Below, in pieces: positions 60,314 through 64,000 of a stretch of DNA of 64,000 nucleotides. The position numbers and the translations under genes were made by a program. This DNA is from Rubripirellula sp. (GTDB taxonomy: Bacteria > Planctomycetota > Planctomycetia > Pirellulales > Pirellulaceae): NCBI GenBank assembly GCA_965216875.1, contig OZ244207.1, positions 4,544,001 to 4,608,000 of the forward strand, written 5' to 3'. Below the pieces are notes generated by a model. That model did not search any database and was not told the origin of the DNA. It saw only the letters and a list, made by a program, of their open reading frames with translations. Numbering within the stretch: position 1 is the first letter of the stretch; each line of letters begins with the position of its first letter.

Positions 60314-62113
60314 GTGAGTATCGTTGCATTGCACAAGATCACGCTTCTCGGGACGATCGATGAGCGGGACGACGTCGTCAACCGTCTGCAGCAACTCGGC
60401 TGCGCTCACTTGGTGGATCTCTCTGGAAACGGAGTAACGATTCCAACCACGGTGTCAAAAGAGGCCAGGCGCGCACTTCGCCTGCTCGAAACAAGCCCCG
60501 TTCGTCGCTCGCCGGTCCTCTCGACCTCCGGCTACGACCGTGATCAAGTGATCAACGATGTCCTGCAGATGCAGGGGCAACGCGAAGAACTCATCGCGGA
60601 ACGTGACCGCATCGCCACCGCGATCACAGAACTTGAACCGTGGGGCAGTTTCCACAAACCATCGCAGGAGCATCTCGGTGGCCGCGATTTCTATTTCTAC
60701 GTCGTTTCGATTGGGCAGCTCGAAAACCTCGACCGAGACTTGCTTTGGCACATCGCCGCGCGCGATGCAACCAAGGCCTATGTCCTCGTGTTGTCAAATC
60801 AGATTCCCGATGACGTTCCCGGGACGCGAGTTGAACTTGATTCTCGTCCGCTGGAAGAGTTGCGCGATATCCAAGATGCGATTTCGGCACAGCTTGATGA
60901 ACTTGATTGGAAGCGTGCTTCACTAACACGTTTTCGCAGTCGCCTCAAAAGAGACCTCGACCTTGCCGACGACTTGGCCGCACGATCGGCGGCGGCCAAA
61001 GGAGTGCTCGGCGACGATGCGGTCTTTGCCATCCAAGCGTGGGTACCCAAGACCGCAACGCCCGACGTGAAGCGGTTGGCTGCGGAGATGCAATTGGCGA
61101 TCACCATCGCCGAACCGAACGCTGACGACACACCACCCACTTTGCTCAAGAACCCAAAACGCATCGCTGGCGCGGAAGGTTGCGTCACCTTCTATATGAC
61201 ACCTGGTTATCACACGTGGGACCCGACCGCTGTTGTCTATTTTTCGCTAAGCCTATTCTTCGCGATGATTGTGTCCGACGCAGGCTACGGCGCAGTGATG
61301 CTCGGTGGGCTCGCGGTGTTGTGGAAAAGCATGGGTTCAACCCGGGCAAAGATTCGCATGCGTCACCTCCTTGCATCGATCTTTCTCGCCACGATCGCCT
61401 ACGGTGTTTTGGTCGGCAGCTACTTTGGAGTATCGCCTCCGCAAGGGAGTTTTCTCGATGCCGTACGCTTGCGCATCGATGGCGAACCGATGATGGAAAA
61501 CCGGTCAGCCATGATGTTGATTTCGGTTGCGATCGGCGTCGCTCACCTGACCCTTGCGAATGTGATATCAGCGGTCAATGCTCGAGCATCGCTACGATGG
61601 ATCGGTCACCTCGGCTGGGCCATTACGATGATCGCTGCGTTCCTATTGATTGGCGGTGAGATGATTGGCAGTAGCGCGGTGGGCATGGTGGCAAAGTGCC
61701 TCTTGCCGGTCGGAGCCGTTGCCGTGATCTTTTTCAGCAGCGATCAACCAATCGCAACATGGCACATCAAGCCTCACCTTTTGCGGCTTGTTGACGGCCT
61801 GTTCCAGATCGCCAACATCCCCAAGGCTTTTGGCGACACGCTGAGCTATCTGCGTTTGTTCGCACTGGGGTTAGCGAGCGCCCAACTCGCCACCACCTTC
61901 AACGGTCTTGGGTCCGATGCATTCGCTGCTGGCGGATTGGGTATTTTGGCTGGCCTGACGATTTTGGTTCTCGGTCACGCCATCAATTTCATGCTCGCAA
62001 TCATGGGCGGCGTCGTTCACGGTTTGCGTCTGAACTGTATCGAGTTCTTCAACTGGAGCCTGACGGATGAAGGTTATCCATTTCAACCATTTCAAAAGAA
62101 GGCAGAAACCTAA
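60314..62113 (+). CDS. V/A-type ATP synthase subunit I (a)
   Basis: PPTLLKN, FFAMIVSDAGYG, DTLSYLRLFALGLA, VHGLRLNCIEFF. Confidence 0.95.
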   Translation: MSIVALHKITLLGTIDERDDVVNRLQQLGCAHLVDLSGNGVTIPTTVSKEARRALRLLETSPVRRSPVLSTSGYDRDQVINDVLQMQGQREELIAERDRIATAITELEPWGSFHKPSQEHLGGRDFYFYVVSIGQLENLDRDLLWHIAARDATKAYVLVLSNQIPDDVPGTRVELDSRPLEELRDIQDAISAQLDELDWKRASLTRFRSRLKRDLDLADDLAARSAAAKGVLGDDAVFAIQAWVPKTATPDVKRLAAEMQLAITIAEPNADDTPPTLLKNPKRIAGAEGCVTFYMTPGYHTWDPTAVVYFSLSLFFAMIVSDAGYGAVMLGGLAVLWKSMGSTRAKIRMRHLLASIFLATIAYGVLVGSYFGVSPPQGSFLDAVRLRIDGEPMMENRSAMMLISVAIGVAHLTLANVISAVNARASLRWIGHLGWAITMIAAFLLIGGEMIGSSAVGMVAKCLLPVGAVAVIFFSSDQPIATWHIKPHLLRLVDGLFQIANIPKAFGDTLSYLRLFALGLASAQLATTFNGLGSDAFAAGGLGILAGLTILVLGHAINFMLAIMGGVVHGLRLNCIEFFNWSLTDEGYPFQPFQKKAET

Positions 62114-62568
62114 TGGACACCTTCATGTTGATGCTTGGCTGGGTCGGCATCTACTCGCCGACTGCTCTTGGTGCGGTTGGCAGCATCATTGGTTGTACGC
62201 GAGGCGGTCAAGCAGCGCTCGGCGCGATGATTGATGCTGAAAGTGGCTATGGTCGTTTCATCAGCCTATCGCTGCTGCCATCATCGAGTGCGATCTACGG
62301 CATCGTGATCATGTTCACGCTCAACCGCGAGGTGACCACCGAATCGGCTCCAGGATTGTGCGCGGTCGGGTTGCTGTCGGGTCTCGCGTTGGCACTTGGC
62401 GGCTACTACCAGGGTCTCTGTTGCGCATCCGCGATCAACACCATCAAGACCAAACCCGAAGTCTTCGGTCTCTCAGCTGCGCCCGCTGCAATTGTCGAAG
62501 GCTTTTGCGTCTTCGCCTTTATCTTTGCGTTGGTCATTGCTGGCGGTATCGCCGGTGCAAGCGCCTAG
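62113..62568 (+). CDS. V/A-type ATP synthase subunit K (c), four TM helices
   Basis: ALGAVGSIIG, PSSSAIYG, YQG, AIVEGF with a single carboxylate. Confidence 0.92.
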   Translation: MDTFMLMLGWVGIYSPTALGAVGSIIGCTRGGQAALGAMIDAESGYGRFISLSLLPSSSAIYGIVIMFTLNREVTTESAPGLCAVGLLSGLALALGGYYQGLCCASAINTIKTKPEVFGLSAAPAAIVEGFCVFAFIFALVIAGGIAGASA

Positions 62569-62598
62569 TTCTCACCTCGGTCCAATGGGAGATTCACC

Positions 62599-63243
62599 AT
62601 GAGCAATGACCAACCATCGTCGTCTTCTGGCGTACAGGAGTTGATCGATCGACTTCATCAACAAGGGCTTTCCAAAGGCCAACAAGAAGCCGACACCTTG
62701 ATCGCCAAGGCTCGTGAACAGGCGGCCGCAATCCTTGACCAGGCCAAGGAAGAAGCGGACGAAATCGTCAAGTCAGCGATTCGCGAGGCTCAGCGCACTC
62801 AGGTTGCTGGCGAAGAAGCCATTCGTCTGGCAGGCCGCGACACAATCTTGCGATTGACCGAAGAGCTAAGCGACGATTTTGTTGACAAGGTCCGCGGTTT
62901 GGTGGGCCACTCGATGCGTGATCGGGACTTTCTGATGCAATTGGTGCTGACCGCAACGCATGAAGCGATCCCCGAAAACCTACGCAAAGAAGGCCATCTC
63001 AACGTGCAACTGATGGACGACGGCTTGGAGTCGCCTTCGGACCAGCAGCTCGATGACTTTGTGCGCGCACTTGGTGGCGAAGCACTTCGTGACGGCCTCA
63101 CGTTTGAGATCATCGATAGCGAAGTGCCCGGAATCCGAATTCAAGCAATCGACGAAGACCTTGAGGTCGAACTGAGTGCCGAAACGATCACTCACCTGCT
63201 TTTGAAATATTTGTCACCGCGATTTCGTGAAATCGTGGGTTAG
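62599..63243 (+). CDS. V/A-type ATP synthase subunit E
   Basis: VQELIDRLHQQGLSKGQQEA...AKEEA coiled coil; C-terminal YLSPRFR. Confidence 0.85.
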   Translation: MSNDQPSSSSGVQELIDRLHQQGLSKGQQEADTLIAKAREQAAAILDQAKEEADEIVKSAIREAQRTQVAGEEAIRLAGRDTILRLTEELSDDFVDKVRGLVGHSMRDRDFLMQLVLTATHEAIPENLRKEGHLNVQLMDDGLESPSDQQLDDFVRALGGEALRDGLTFEIIDSEVPGIRIQAIDEDLEVELSAETITHLLLKYLSPRFREIVG

Positions 63244-63259
63244 TGCAGGAGAACTTGTT

Positions 63260-63922
63260 TTGGCCAACGACTACTTCACATTGATTTCATCGCTGCCACA
63301 TCTGTCGGCGCATTTTGATGTCGACCGTGTTCCAATCACACGCCGCCAGCTTCTCAAACGGTTGTCGATCATCGAAGGCGATGACGCCGATGATCTCCTG
63401 CAGCTCACCGACTTTTTGTCATGGGATCGGCAAGTCACTGAAAAGACGGATGACGAAATCAATCGTGACTACGAAAGACTTTGTCGCGAAATCAAACATC
63501 CGATCGTCCGGGAAATCATGCAGGACCGGGTCAACATTCGCACGATCGTTGGTGCACTGCGGCGACGACGGCGCAACCAAGGTCCGCCCGCCGCAATCGG
63601 CCCTCTCGTTCCGACGATCCGCAAGAACTGGGGGCAAACTCAATTTGGAATCGGCCTGCGTTTTGCTTGGATCGAGCCCTTCGAGACGCTCATGGAGAGT
63701 GGCCGCGCGATCGATGCCGAACGCGTTTTGTACGAAACGATGTGGCACCGACGATGCCGAATGGCCGATCGCTACACGTTTTCGTTTGAGGCCGTTTTGT
63801 TGTACTTGACCCGATGGTCGATCATCGACCGCTGGACCAGCCGGGATGCCGAGGCAGGCCTTGAACGGTTTGACAAAATCATCGAGGAGACGTTGGGTGA
63901 ATACGCCGCGATCCAATTCTGA
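63260..63922 (+). CDS. DUF2764 family protein (putative V-ATPase subunit C)
   Basis: YFTLISSLP start, RTIVGALRRR, FSFEAVLLY...IIDRW; TTG after AGGAG. Confidence 0.8.
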   Translation: MANDYFTLISSLPHLSAHFDVDRVPITRRQLLKRLSIIEGDDADDLLQLTDFLSWDRQVTEKTDDEINRDYERLCREIKHPIVREIMQDRVNIRTIVGALRRRRRNQGPPAAIGPLVPTIRKNWGQTQFGIGLRFAWIEPFETLMESGRAIDAERVLYETMWHRRCRMADRYTFSFEAVLLYLTRWSIIDRWTSRDAEAGLERFDKIIEETLGEYAAIQF

Positions 63923-64000
63923 GCAACCCTCCCAATCCGACACTCGCGTGATCGGCGTGACGGGGAACATCGTTTCGATCGAGTCAAAGGGACCGATCAT
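63897..64000 (+). CDS. V/A-type ATP synthase subunit A, 5' end (partial)
   Basis: GTG after GAGGAG; frame VNTPRSNSEQPSQSDTRVIGVTGNIVSIESKGPI resembles subunit A N-terminus; expected position after DUF2764. Confidence 0.65.
   Translation, partial: MNTPRSNSEQPSQSDTRVIGVTGNIVSIESKGPI

Overview
Core-genome window of a planctomycete, most likely Pirellulaceae. This is inferred from the DUF1559/H-X9-DG proteins, a planctomycete-type 'RRRL..E.L..R..LA' export leader, DUF1571, H4MPT genes and many planctomycete-style hypothetical proteins. Left to right: TPR protein; exbB-exbD-exbD-pabA-DUF447-mptG; NCS2-type permease; ECF sigma plus an anti-sigma-like protein ending in a DUF1559/H-X9-DG module; a groEL-groES-groEL-dnaJ-grpE chaperone operon with a sigma54-type promoter; coproheme decarboxylase; Ser/Thr kinase-suhB-flavin reductase; a FAAL-ACP-alpha-oxoamine synthase fusion divergent from an asparagine-synthetase-like ligase; an EF-hand protein; a stand-alone WYL protein; a cadherin/dockerin surface protein; dnaE; a candidate 6S-like RNA; DoxX plus a Tat oxidoreductase; xerC; lptG; and a circularly permuted V/A-type ATPase operon running off the right edge. 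Many intergenic gaps hold palindromic repeats: at least five GTAG-type REP families and several others, in doublets, tandem arrays and nested composites, some supplying gene stop codons. No transposase, CRISPR array, rRNA or tRNA was seen. All calls are by-eye motif recognition; no searches were run.
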